From positions 44,888,001-44,952,000 of the forward strand of contig OZ024748.1 in NCBI GenBank assembly GCA_964016885.1: DNA of 64,000 nucleotides, written 5' to 3'. The stretch is from Eledone cirrhosa (lineage: Eukaryota). Below, piece by piece: positions 41,443-56,400 of this stretch (within the stretch, counting starts at the first letter, position 1; every line of letters begins with the position of its first letter). Made by a program: the position numbers and the translations under genes. Below the pieces are notes generated by a model. That model was not told the DNA's origin. It did no database searches and was given only the letters and a program-made list of their open reading frames with translations.

Positions 41443-44400
41443 CATAGACAGTGAATTATATTGTACTGTGGTACCTACTTACAGTCTAGTAGACTGTGGA
41501 GTGTGTAGGACATGGAGACAGTACAGTGGACTATATTATACAGTGGTACCTACTTACAGTCTAGTGGACTGTGGAGTGTGTAGGACATGGAGACAGTACA
41601 GTGGACTATATTATACTGTGGTACCTACTTACAGTCTAGTGGACTGTGGAGTGTGTAGGACATGGAGACAGTACAGTGGACTATATTATACTGTGGTACC
41701 TACTTACAGTCTAGTAGACTGTGGAGAGTGTAGGACATGGAGACAGTACAGTGGACTATATTATACTGTGGTACCTACTTACAGTCTAGTAGACTGTGGA
41801 GAGTGTAGGACATGGAGACAGTACAGTGGACTATATTATACTGTGGTACCTACTTACAGTCTAGTGGACTGTGGAGTGTGTAGGACATGGAGACAGTACA
41901 GTGGACTATATTATATTGTGGTACCTACTTACAGTCTAGTAGACTGTGGAGAGTGTAGGACATGCAGACAGTACAGTGGACTATATTATACTGTGGTACC
42001 TACTTACAGTCTAGTGGACTGTGGAGTGTGTAGGACACGGAGACAGTACCATGGACTATATTATACTGTGGTACCTACTTACAGTTTAGTGGACTGTGGA
42101 GTGTGTAGCACATGGAGACAGTACCATGGACTATATAATACTGTGGTACCTACTTACAGTCTAGTGGACTGTGGAGTGTGTAGGACATGGAGACAGTACC
42201 ATGGACTATATTATACTGTGGTACCTACTTACAGTCTAGTGGACTGTGGAGTGTATAGGACATGGATACAGTACAGTGGACTATATTAAACTGTGGTACC
42301 TACTTACAGTCTAGTAGACTGTGGAGTGTGTAGGACATGGAGACAGTACAGTGGACTATATTATACTGTGGTACCTACTTACAGTCTAGTGAACTGTGGA
42401 GTGTGTAGGGCATGGAGACAGTACAGTGGACTATATTATACTGTGGTACCTACTTACAGTCTAGTGGACTGTGGAGTGTGTAGGACATGGAGACAGTACA
42501 GTGGACTATATTATACTGTGGTACCTACTTACAGTCTAGTGAACTGTGGAGTGTGTAGGGCATGGAGACAGTACAGTGGACTATATTATACTGTGGTACC
42601 TACTTACAGTCTAGTGGACTGTGGAGTGTGTAGGACATGGAGACAGTACAGTGGACTATATTAAACTGTGGTACCTACTTACAGTCTAGTGGACTGTGGA
42701 GTGTGTAGGACATGGAGACAGTACAGTAGACTATATTATACTGTGGTACCTACTTACAGTCTAGTGGACTGTGGAGTGTGTAGGACATGGAGACAGTACA
42801 GTGGACTATATTATATTGTGGTACCTACTTACAGTCTAGTAGACTGTGGAGAGTGTAGGACATGGAGACAGTACAGTGGACTATATTATACTGTGGTACC
42901 TACTTACAGTCTAGTAGACTGTGGAGAGTGTAGGACATGGAGACAGTACAGTGGACTATATTATACTGTCGTACCTACTTACAGTCTAGTAGACTGTGGA
43001 GTGTGTAGGACATGGAGACAGTACAGTGGACTATATTATATTGTGGTACCTACTTACAGTCTAGTAGACTGTGGAGAGTGTAGGACATGCAGACAGTACA
43101 GTGGACTATATTATACTGTGGTACCTACTTACAGTCTAGTGGACTGTGGAGTGTGTAGGACACGGAGACAGTACCATGGACTATATTATACTGTGGTACC
43201 TACTTACAGTTTAGTGGACTGTGGAGTGTGTAGGACATGGAGACAGTACCATGGACTATATTATACTGTTGTACCTACTTACAGTCTAGTGGACTGTGGA
43301 GTGTGTAGGACATGGAGACAGTACCATGGACTATATTATACTGTGGTACCTACTTAAAGCCTAGTGGACTGTGGAGTGTGTAGGACATGGAGACAGTACA
43401 GTGGACTATATTATATTGTGGTACATACTTACAGTCTAGTGGACTGTGGAGAGTGTAGGACATGGAGACAGTACAGTGGACTATATTATACTGTGGTACC
43501 TACTTACAGTCTAGTGGACTGTGGAGTGTGTAGATCATGGAGACAGTACAGTGAACTATATTATACTGTGGTACCTACTTACAGTCTAGTGGACTGTGGA
43601 GTGTGTAGGACACGGAGACAGTACAGTGGACTATATTATATTGTGGTACCTACTTACAGTCTAGTAGACTGTGGAGAGTGTAGGATATGCAGACAGTACA
43701 GTGGACTATATTATACTGTGGTACCTACTTACAGTCTAGTGGAATGTGGAGTGTGTAGGACATGGAGACAGTACAGTAGACTATATTATACTGTGGTACC
43801 TACTTACAGTCTAGTGGACTGTGGAGTGTGTAGGACATGGAGACAGTACAGTGGACTATATTATATTGTGGTACCTACTTACAGTCTAGTGGACTGTGGA
43901 GTGTGTAGGACATGGAGACAGTACAGTGGACTATATTATACTGTGGTACCTACTTACAGTCTAGTGGACTGTGGAGTGTGTAGGACATGGAGACAGTACA
44001 GTGGACTATATTAAACTGTCGTACCTACTTACAGTCTAGTGGACTGTGGAGTGTGTAGGACATGGAGACAGTACAGTGGACTATATTATACTGTTGTACC
44101 TACTTACAGTCTAGTGGACTCTGGAGTGTGTAGGACATGGAGACAGTACAGTGGACTATATTATACTGTCGTACCTACTTACAGTTTAGTGGACTGTGGA
44201 GAGTGTAGGACATGGAGACAGTACAGTGGACTATATTATACTGTGGTACCTACTTACAGTCTAGTGGACTGTGGAGTGTGTAGGACATGGAGACAGTACA
44301 GTGGACTATATTATACTGTGGTCCCTACTTACACTCTAGTGGACTGTGGAGTGTGTAGGTCATGGAGACAGTACAGTGGACTATATTATACTGTGGTACC

Positions 44401-47400
44401 TACTTATAGTCTAGTGGACTGTTGAGTGTGTAGGACATGGAGCCAGTACAGTGGACTATACTATACTGTGGTACCTACTTACAGTCTAGTGGACTGTGGA
44501 GTGTGTAGGACATGGAGACAGTACAGTGGACTATATTATACTGCGGTACCTACTTACAGTCTAGTGGACTGGAGTGTGTAGGACATGGAGACAGTACAGT
44601 GGACTATATTATACTGTGGTACCTACTTACAGTCTAGTGAACTGTGGAGTGTGTAGGACATGGAGACAGTACAGTGGACTATATTATACTGCGGTACCTA
44701 CTTACAGTCTAGTGGACTGGAGTGTGTAGGACATGGAGACAGTACAGTGGACTATATTATACTGTGGTACCTACTTACAGTCTAGTGGACTGTAGAGTGT
44801 GTAGGACATGGAGACAGTACAGTGGACTATATTATATTGTGGTACCTACTTACAGTCTAGTGGACTGTGGAGATAGTAGGACATGGAGACAGTACAGTGG
44901 ACTATATTATATTGTGGTACCTACTTACAGTCTAGTGGACTCTGGAGAGTGTAGGACATGGAGACATTACAGTGGACTATATTATACTGTGGTACCTACT
45001 TACAGTCTAGTGGACTGTGGAGTGTGTAGGACATGGAGACAGTACAGTGGACTATATTATACTGTGGTACCTACTTACAGTCTAGTGGACTGTGGAGTGT
45101 GTAGGACATGGAGACAGTACAGTGGACTATATTATACTGTGGTACCTACTTACAGTCTAGTGGACGGTGGAGTGTGTAGGACATGGAGACAGTACAGTGG
45201 ACTATATTATACTGTGGTACCTACTTACAGTCTTCTGGACTGTGGAGTGTGTAGGACATGGAGACAGTACAGTGGACTATATTATACTGTGGTACCTACT
45301 TACAGTCTTCTGGACTGTGGAGTGTGTAGGACATGGCGACAGTACAGTGGACTATATTATACTGTGGTACCTACTTACAGTCTAGTGGACTGGAGTGTGT
45401 AGGACATGGAGACAGTACAGTGGACTATATTATACTGTGGTACCTACTTACAGTCTAGTGGACTGTAGAGTGTGTAGGACATGGAGACAGTACAGTGGAG
45501 TATATTATACTGTGGTACCTACTTACAGTCTAGTGGATTGTGGAATGTGTAGGACATGGAGACAGTAAGTGGACTATATTATACTGTGGTACCTACTTAC
45601 AGTTTAGTGGACTGTGGAGTTTGTAGATCAGGGAGACAGTACAGTGGACTATATTATATTGTGGTACCTACTTACAGTCTAGTGGACTGTGGAGATAGTA
45701 GGACATGGAGACAGTACAGTGGACTATATTATACTGTGGTACCTACTTACAGTCTAATGGACTCTGGAGTTTGTAGGACATGGAGACAGTACAGTGGACT
45801 ATATTATACTGCGGTACCTACTTACAGTCTAGTGGACTGTGGAGTGTGTAGGACATGGAGACAGTACAGTGGACTATATTATACTGTGGTACCTACTTAC
45901 AGTCTTCTGGACTGTGGAGTGTGTAGGACATGGAGACAGTACAGTGGACTCTATTATACTGTGGTACCTACTTAAAGTCTAGTGGACTGTGGATTGTGTA
46001 GGGCATGGAGACAGTACAGTGGACTATATTATACTGTGGTACCTACTTACAGTCTAGTGGACTGTGGAGAGTGTAGGACATGGAGACAGTACAGTGGACT
46101 ATAGTATACTGTGGTACCTACTTACAGTCTAGTGGACTGTGGAGTGTGTAGGACATGGAGACAGTACAGTGGACTATATTATACTGTGGTACCTACTTAC
46201 AGTCTTCTGGACTGTGGAGTGTGTAGGACATGGAGAGAGTACAGTGGACTATATTATACTGTGGTACCTACTTACAGTCTAGTGGACTGTGAAGTGTGTA
46301 GGGCATGGAGACAGTACGGTGGACTATATTATACTGTGGTACCTACTTACAGTCTAGTGGACTGTGGAGTGTGTAGGACATGGAGACAGTACAGTGGACT
46401 ATATTATACTGTGGTACCTACTTTCAGTCTAGTGGACTGTGGAGTGTGTAAGACATGGAGACAGTACAGTGAACTATATTATACTGTGGTACCTACTTAC
46501 AGTCTAGTGGACTGTGGAGTGTGTAGGACATGGAGACAGTACAGTGGACTATATTAAACTGTCGTACCTACTTACAGTCTAGTGGACTGTGGAGTGTGTA
46601 AGACATGGAGACAGTACAGTGGACTATATTATACTGTGGTACCTACTTACAGTCTAGTGGACTGTGGAGTGTGTAGGACATGGAGACAGTACAGTGGACT
46701 ATATTATACTGTTGTAGCTACTTACAGTCTAGTGGACTGTGGAGTGTGTAGGACATGGAGACAGTACAGTGGACTATATTATACTGTGGTACCTACTTAC
46801 AGTCTAGTGGACTGTGGAGTGTGTAGGACATGGAGACAGTACAGTGGACTATATTATACTGTGGTACCTATTTACAGTCTAGTGGAATGTGGAGTGTGTA
46901 GGACATGGAGACAGTACAGTGGACTATATTATACTGTGGTACCTACTTACAGTCTAGTGGACTGTGGAGTGTGTAGGACTTGGAGACAGTACAGTGGACT
47001 ATATTATACTGTGGTACCTACTTACAGTCTAGTGGACTGTGGAGAGTGTAGGACATGGAGACAGTACAGTGGACTATATTATACTGTGGTACCTACTTAC
47101 AGTCTAGTGGACTGTGGAGTGTGTAAGACATGGAGACAGTACAGTGGACTATATTATACTGTGGTACCTACTTACAGTCTAGTGGACTGTGGAGTGTGTA
47201 GGACATGGAGACAGTACAGTGGACTATATTATACTGTTGTAGCTACTTACAGTCTAGTGGACTGTGGAGTGTGTAGGACATGGAGACAGTACAGTGGACT
47301 ATATTATACTGTGGTACCTACTTCCAGTCTAGTGGACTGTGGAGTGTGTAGGACATGGAGACAGTACAGTGGACTATATTATACTGTGGTACCTATTTAC

Positions 47401-50400
47401 AGTCTAGTGGAATGTGGAGTGTGTAGGACATGGAGACAGTACAGTGGACTATATTATACTGTGGTACCTACTTACAGTCTAGTGGACTGTGGAGTGTGTA
47501 GGACATGTAGACAGAACAGTGGACTATATTATACTGAGTACCTACTTACAGTCTAGTAGACTGTGGAGTGTGTAGGACATGGAGACAGTACAGTGGACTA
47601 TATTATACTGTGGTACCTACTTACAGTCTAGTGGACTGTGGAGAGTGTAAGACATGGAGACAGTACAGTGGACTATATTATACTGTTGTACCTACTTACA
47701 GTCTAGTGGACTGTGGAGTGTGTAGCACATGGAGACAGTACAGTGGACTATATTAAACTGTGGTACCTACTTACAGTCTAGTGGACGGTGGAGTGTGTAG
47801 GACATGGAGACAGTACAGTGGAGTATATTATACTGTGGTACCTACTTACAGTTTAGTGGACTGTGGAGTGTAGGACATGGAGACAGTACAGTGGACTATA
47901 TTATACTGTGGTACCTACTTACAGTCTAGTGGACGGTGGAGTGTGTAGGACATGGAGACAGTACAGTGGAGTATATTATACTGTGGTACCTACTTACAGT
48001 TTAGTGGACTGTGGAGTGTAGGACATGGAGATAGTACAGTGGACTATATTATACTGTGGGACCTACTTACAGTCTAGTTAACTGTGGAGTGTCTAAGACA
48101 TGGAGATAGTACAGTGAACTATATTATACTGTGGTACCTACTTACAGTCTAGTGGACTGTGGAGTGTGTAGGGCATGGAGAGAGTACAGTGGACTATATT
48201 ATACTGTGGTACCTACTTACAGTCTAGTGGACTGTGGAGTGTGTAGGACATGGAGTCAGTACAGTGGACTATATTATACTGTGGTACCTACTTACAGTCT
48301 AGTGGACTGTGGAGTGTTTAGGACATGGAGACAGTACAGTGGACTATATTAAACTGTGGTACCTACTTACAGTTTAGTGGACTGTGGCGTGTCTAGGACA
48401 TGGAGACACTACAGTGGACTATATTATACTGTGGTACCTACTTACAATCTAGTGGACTGTGGAGTGTGTAGGACATGGAGACAGTACAGTGGACTATATT
48501 ATACTGTGGTACCTACTTACAGTCTAGTGGACTGTGGAGTGTGTAGGACATGGAGACAGTACAGTGGACTATATTATACTGTGGTACCTACTTACAGTCT
48601 AGTAGACTGTGGAGTGTGTAGGACATGGAGACAGTACAGTGGACTATATTATACTGTGGTACCTACTTACAGTCTAGTGGACTGTGGAGTGTGTAGGACA
48701 TGGAGAGAGTACAGTGGACTATATTATACTGTGGTACCTACTTACAGTCTAGTGGACTGTGGAGTGTGTAGGACATGGAGATTGTACAGTGAACTATATT
48801 ATACTGTGGTACCTACTTACAGTCTAGTGGACTGTGGAGTGAGTAGGACATGGAGACAGTACAGTGGACTATATTATATTGTGGTACCTACTTACAGTCT
48901 AGTGGACTGTGGAGTGTGTAGGACATGGAGACAGTACGGTGGACTACATTATACTGTGGTACCTACTTACAGTCTAGTGGACTGTGGAGAGTGTAGGACA
49001 TGGAGACAGTACAGTGGACTATATTATACTGTTGTAGCTACTTACAGTCTAGTAGACTGTGGAGTGTGTTGGACATGGAGACAGTACAGTGGACTATATT
49101 ATACTGTGGTACCTACTTACAGTCTTCTGGACTGTGGAGTGTGTAGGACATGGAGACAGTACAGTGGACTATATTATACTGTGGTACCTACTTACAGTCT
49201 AGAGGACTGTGGAGAGTGTAGGACATGGAGACGGTACAGTGGACTATATTATACTGTGGTACCTACTTACAGTCTAGTGGACTGTGGAGAGTGTAGGACA
49301 CGGAGACAGTACAGTGGACTATATTATACTGTGGTACCTACTTACAGTTTAGTGGAGTGTGGAGTGTGTAGGTCATGGAGACAGTACAGTGAACTATATT
49401 ACACTGTGGTACCTACTTACAGTCTAGTGGACTGTGGAGTGTGTAGGACATGGAGACAGTACAGTGGACTATATTATACTGTGGTACCTACTTACATTCT
49501 AGTGGACTGTGGAGTATAGGACATGGAGACAGTACAGTGGACTATATTATACTGTGGTACCTACTTACAGTCTAGTGGACTGTGGAGTGTAGGACATGGA
49601 GGCAGTACAGTGGACTATATTATATTGTGGTACCTACTTACAGTCTAGTGGACTGTGGAGAGTGTAGGACATGGAGACAGTACAGTGGACTATATTATAC
49701 TGTGGTACCTACTTACAGTCTAGTGGACTGTGGAGAGTGTAGGACATGGAGACAGTACAGTGGACTATATTATACTGTGGTACCTACTTGCAGTTTAGTG
49801 GACTGTGGAGTGTGTAGGACATGGAGACAGTACAGTGGACTATATTAAACCGTGGTACCTACTTACAGTTTAGTGGATTGTGGCGTGTCTAGGACATGGA
49901 GACAGTACAGTGGACTATATTATACTGTGGTACCTACTTACACTCTAGTGGACTGTGGAGTGTGTAGGACATGGAGACAGTACAGTGAACTATATTATAC
50001 TGTGGTACCTACTTACAGTTTAGTGGACTGTGGAGTGTGTAGGGCATGGAAACAGTACAGTGGACTATATTATACTGTTGTACCTACTTACAGTCTAGTG
50101 GACTGTGGAGTGTGTAGGACATGGAGATAGTACTGTGGACTATATTATACTTTGGTACCTACTTACAGTCTAGAGGACTGTGGAGTGTGTAGGACATGGA
50201 GATAGTACAGTGAACTATATTATACAGTGGTACCTACTTACAGTCTAGTGGACTGTGGAGTGTGTAGGACATGGAAACAGTACAGTGAACTATATTATAC
50301 TGTGGTACCTACTTACAGTCTAGTGGAATGTGGAGTGTATAGGACATGGAGACAGTACAGTGGACTATATTATACTGTGGTACCTATTTACAGTCTAGTG

Positions 50401-53400
50401 GACTGTGGAGTGTGTAGGTCATGGAGACAGTACAGTGGACTATATTATACTGTGGCACCTACTTACAGTCTAGTGGACTGTGGAGTGTGTAGGACATGGA
50501 GACAGTACAGTGGACTATATTATACTGTGGTACCTACTTACAGTTTAGTGGACTGTGGAGAGTGTAGGACATGGAGACAGTACAGTGGACTATATTATAC
50601 TGTGGTACCTACTTACACTCTAGTTGACTGTCGAGTGTGTAGGACATGGAGACAGTACAGTGAACTATATTATACTGTGGTACCTACTTACAGTCTAGTG
50701 GACTGTGGTGTGTTTAGGACATGGAGAGAGTACAGTGGACTATATTATACTGTGGTACCTACTTACAGTCTAGTGGACTGTGGAGTGTAGGACATGGAGA
50801 CAGTACAGTGGACTATATTATATTGTGGTACCTACTTACCGTCTAGTGGACTGTGGAGTGTAGGACATGGAGATAGTACAGTGGACTATATTATACTGTG
50901 GGACCTACTTACAGTCTAGTGGACTGTGGAGTGTAGGACATGGAGATAGTACAGTGGACTATATTATATTGTGCTACCTACTTACCGTCTAGTGGACTGT
51001 GGAGTGTAGGACATGGAGATAGTACAGTGGACTATATTATACTGTGGGACCTACTTACCGTCTAGTGGACTGTGGAGTGTAGGACATGGAGATAGTACAG
51101 TGGACTATATTATACTGTGGTACCTACTTACAGTCTAGTGGACTGTGGAGTGTGTAGGACTGGGAGACAGTACAGTGGACTATATTATACTGTGGTACCT
51201 ACTTACAGTCTAGTGGACTGTGGCGTGTGTAGGACATGGAGACAGTACAGTGGACTATATTATATTGTGGTACCTACTTACAGTCTAGTGGACTGTGGAG
51301 TGTAGGACATGGAGATAGTACAGTGGACTATATTATACTGTGGGACCTACTTACAGTCTAGTGGACTGTGGAGTGTCTAAGACATGGAGATAGTACAGTG
51401 AACTATATTATACTGTGGTACCTACTTACAGTCTAGTGGACTGTGGAGTGTGTAGGACACGGAGACAGTACAGTGGACTATATTATATTGTGGTACCTAC
51501 TTACAGTCTAGTAGACTGTGGAGAGTGTAGGATATGCAGACAGTACAGTGGACTATATTATACTGTGGTACCTACTTACAGTCTAGTGGACTGTGGAGTG
51601 TGTAGGACACGGAGACAGTACAGTGGACTATATTATATTGTGGTACCTACTTACAGTCTAGTAGACTGTGGAGAGTGTAGGATATGCAGACAGTACAGTG
51701 GACTATATTATACTGTGGTACCTACTTACAGTCTAGTGGAATGTGGAGTGTGTAGGACATGGAGACAGTACAGTAGACTATATTATACTGTGGTACCTAC
51801 TTACAGTCTAGTGGACTGTGGAGTGTGTAGGACATGGAGACAGTACAGTGGACTATATTATATTGTGGTACCTACTTACAGTCTAGTGGACTGTGGAGTG
51901 TGTAGGACATGGAGACAGTACAGTGGACTATATTATACTGTGGTACCTACTTACAGTCTAGTGGACTGTGGAGTGTGTAGGACATGGAGACAGTACAGTG
52001 GACTATATTAAACTGTCGTACCTACTTACAGTCTAGTGGACTGTGGAGTGTGTAGGACATGGAGACAGTACAGTGGACTATATTATACTGTTGTACCTAC
52101 TTACAGTCTAGTGGACTCTGGAGTGTGTAGGACATGGAGACAGTACAGTGGACTATATTATACTGTCGTACCTACTTACAGTTTAGTGGACTGTGGAGAG
52201 TGTAGGACATGGAGACAGTACAGTGGACTATATTATACTGTGGTACCTACTTACAGTCTAGTGGACTGTGGAGTGTGTAGGACATGGAGACAGTACAGTG
52301 GACTATATTATACTGTGGTCCCTACTTACACTCTAGTGGACTGTGGAGTGTGTAGGTCATGGAGACAGTACAGTGGACTATATTATACTGTGGTACCTAC
52401 TTATAGTCTAGTGGACTGTTGAGTGTGTAGGACATGGAGCCAGTACAGTGGACTATACTATACTGTGGTACCTACTTACAGTCTAGTGGACTGTGGAGTG
52501 TGTAGGACATGGAGACAGTACAGTGGACTATATTATACTGCGGTACCTACTTACAGTCTAGTGGACTGGAGTGTGTAGGACATGGAGACAGTACAGTGGA
52601 CTATATTATACTGTGGTACCTACTTACAGTCTAGTGAACTGTGGAGTGTGTAGGACATGGAGACAGTACAGTGGACTATATTATACTGCGGTACCTACTT
52701 ACAGTCTAGTGGACTGGAGTGTGTAGGACATGGAGACAGTACAGTGGACTATATTATACTGTGGTACCTACTTACAGTCTAGTGGACTGTAGAGTGTGTA
52801 GGACATGGAGACAGTACAGTGGACTATATTATATTGTGGTACCTACTTACAGTCTAGTGGACTGTGGAGATAGTAGGACATGGAGACAGTACAGTGGACT
52901 ATATTATATTGTGGTACCTACTTACAGTCTAGTGGACTCTGGAGAGTGTAGGACATGGAGACATTACAGTGGACTATATTATACTGTGGTACCTACTTAC
53001 AGTCTAGTGGACTGTGGAGTGTGTAGGACATGGAGACAGTACAGTGGACTATATTATACTGTGGTACCTACTTACAGTCTAGTGGACTGTGGAGTGTGTA
53101 GGACATGGAGACAGTACAGTGGACTATATTATACTGTGGTACCTACTTACAGTCTAGTGGACGGTGGAGTGTGTAGGACATGGAGACAGTACAGTGGACT
53201 ATATTATACTGTGGTACCTACTTACAGTCTTCTGGACTGTGGAGTGTGTAGGACATGGAGACAGTACAGTGGACTATATTATACTGTGGTACCTACTTAC
53301 AGTCTTCTGGACTGTGGAGTGTGTAGGACATGGCGACAGTACAGTGGACTATATTATACTGTGGTACCTACTTACAGTCTAGTGGACTGGAGTGTGTAGG

Positions 53401-56400
53401 ACATGGAGACAGTACAGTGGACTATATTATACTGTGGTACCTACTTACAGTCTAGTGGACTGTAGAGTGTGTAGGACATGGAGACAGTACAGTGGAGTAT
53501 ATTATACTGTGGTACCTACTTACAGTCTAGTGGATTGTGGAATGTGTAGGACATGGAGACAGTAAGTGGACTATATTATACTGTGGTACCTACTTACAGT
53601 TTAGTGGACTGTGGAGTTTGTAGATCAGGGAGACAGTACAGTGGACTATATTATATTGTGGTACCTACTTACAGTCTAGTGGACTGTGGAGATAGTAGGA
53701 CATGGAGACAGTACAGTGGACTATATTATACTGTGGTACCTACTTACAGTCTAATGGACTCTGGAGTTTGTAGGACATGGAGACAGTACAGTGGACTATA
53801 TTATACTGCGGTACCTACTTACAGTCTAGTGGACTGTGGAGTGTGTAGGACATGGAGACAGTACAGTGGACTATATTATACTGTGGTACCTACTTACAGT
53901 CTTCTGGACTGTGGAGTGTGTAGGACATGGAGACAGTACAGTGGACTCTATTATACTGTGGTACCTACTTAAAGTCTAGTGGACTGTGGATTGTGTAGGG
54001 CATGGAGACAGTACAGTGGACTATATTATACTGTGGTACCTACTTACAGTCTAGTGGACTGTGGAGAGTGTAGGACATGGAGACAGTACAGTGGACTATA
54101 GTATACTGTGGTACCTACTTACAGTCTAGTGGACTGTGGAGTGTGTAGGACATGGAGACAGTACAGTGGACTATATTATACTGTGGTACCTACTTACAGT
54201 CTTCTGGACTGTGGAGTGTGTAGGACATGGAGAGAGTACAGTGGACTATATTATACTGTGGTACCTACTTACAGTCTAGTGGACTGTGAAGTGTGTAGGG
54301 CATGGAGACAGTACGGTGGACTATATTATACTGTGGTACCTACTTACAGTCTAGTGGACTGTGGAGTGTGTAGGACATGGAGACAGTACAGTGGACTATA
54401 TTATACTGTGGTACCTACTTTCAGTCTAGTGGACTGTGGAGTGTGTAAGACATGGAGACAGTACAGTGAACTATATTATACTGTGGTACCTACTTACAGT
54501 CTAGTGGACTGTGGAGTGTGTAGGACATGGAGACAGTACAGTGGACTATATTAAACTGTCGTACCTACTTACAGTCTAGTGGACTGTGGAGTGTGTAGGA
54601 CATGTAGACAGAACAGTGGACTATATTATACTGAGTACCTACTTACAGTCATGTGGACTGTGGAGTGTGTAGGACATGGAGACAGTACAGTGGACTATAT
54701 TATACTGTGGTACCTACTTACAGTTTAGTGAACTGTGGAGAGTGTAGGACATGGAGACAGTACAGTGGACTATATTATACTGTGGTACCTACTTACAGTC
54801 TAGTGGACTGTGGAGTGTGTAGGACATGGGGGCAGTGCAGTGGACTATATTAGACTGTGGTACCTACTTACAGTCTAGTGGACTGTGGAGTGTGTAGGAC
54901 TTGGAGACAGTACAGTGGACTATATTATACTGTGGTACCTACTTACAGTCTAGTGGACTGTGGAGAGTGTAGGACATGGAGACAGTACAGTGGACTATAT
55001 TATACTGTGGTACCTACTTACAGTCTAGTGGACTGTGGAGTGTGTAAGACATGGAGACAGTACAGTGGACTATATTATACTGTGGTACCTACTTACAGTC
55101 TAGTGGACTGTGGAGTGTGTAGGACATGGAGACAGTACAGTGGACTATATTATACTGTTGTAGCTACTTACAGTCTAGTGGACTGTGGAGTGTGTAGGAC
55201 ATGGAGACAGTACAGTGGACTATATTATACTGTGGTACCTACTTACAGTCTAGTGGACTGTGGAGTGTGTAGGACATGGAGACAGTACAGTGGACTATAT
55301 TATACTGTGGTACCTATTTACAGTCTAGTGGAATGTGGAGTGTGTAGGACATGGAGACAGTACAGTGGACTATATTATACTGTGGTACCTACTTACAGTC
55401 TAGTGGACTGTGGAGTGTGTAGGACTTGGAGACAGTACAGTGGACTATATTATACTGTGGTACCTACTTACAGTCTAGTGGACTGTGGAGAGTGTAGGAC
55501 ATGGAGACAGTACAGTGGACTATATTATACTGTGGTACCTACTTACAGTCTAGTGGACTGTGGAGTGTGTAAGACATGGAGACAGTACAGTGGACTATAT
55601 TATACTGTGGTACCTACTTACAGTCTAGTGGACTGTGGAGTGTGTAGGACATGGAGACAGTACAGTGGACTATATTATACTGTTGTAGCTACTTACAGTC
55701 TAGTGGACTGTGGAGTGTGTAGGACATGGAGACAGTACAGTGGACTATATTATACTGTGGTACCTACTTACAGTCTAGTGGACTGTGGAGTGTGTAGGAC
55801 ATGGAGACAGTACAGTGGACTATATTATACTGTGGTACCTATTTACAGTCTAGTGGAATGTGGAGTGTGTAGGACATGGAGACAGTACAGTGGACTATAT
55901 TATACTGTGGTACCTACTTACAGTCTAGTGGACTGTGGAGTGTGTAGGACATGTAGACAGAACAGTGGACTATATTATACTGAGTACCTACTTACAGTCT
56001 AGTAGACTGTGGAGTGTGTAGGACATGGAGACAGTACAGTGGACTATATTATACTGTGGTACCTACTTACAGTCTAGTGGACTGTGGAGAGTGTAAGACA
56101 TGGAGACAGTACAGTGGACTATATTATACTGTTGTACCTACTTACAGTCTAGTGGACTGTGGAGTGTGTAGCACATGGAGACAGTACAGTGGACTATATT
56201 AAACTGTGGTACCTACTTACAGTCTAGTGGACGGTGGAGTGTGTAGGACATGGAGACAGTACAGTGGAGTATATTATACTGTGGTACCTACTTACAGTTT
56301 AGTGGACTGTGGAGTGTAGGACATGGAGACAGTACAGTGGACTATATTATACTGTGGTACCTACTTACAGTCTAGTGGACGGTGGAGTGTGTAGGACATG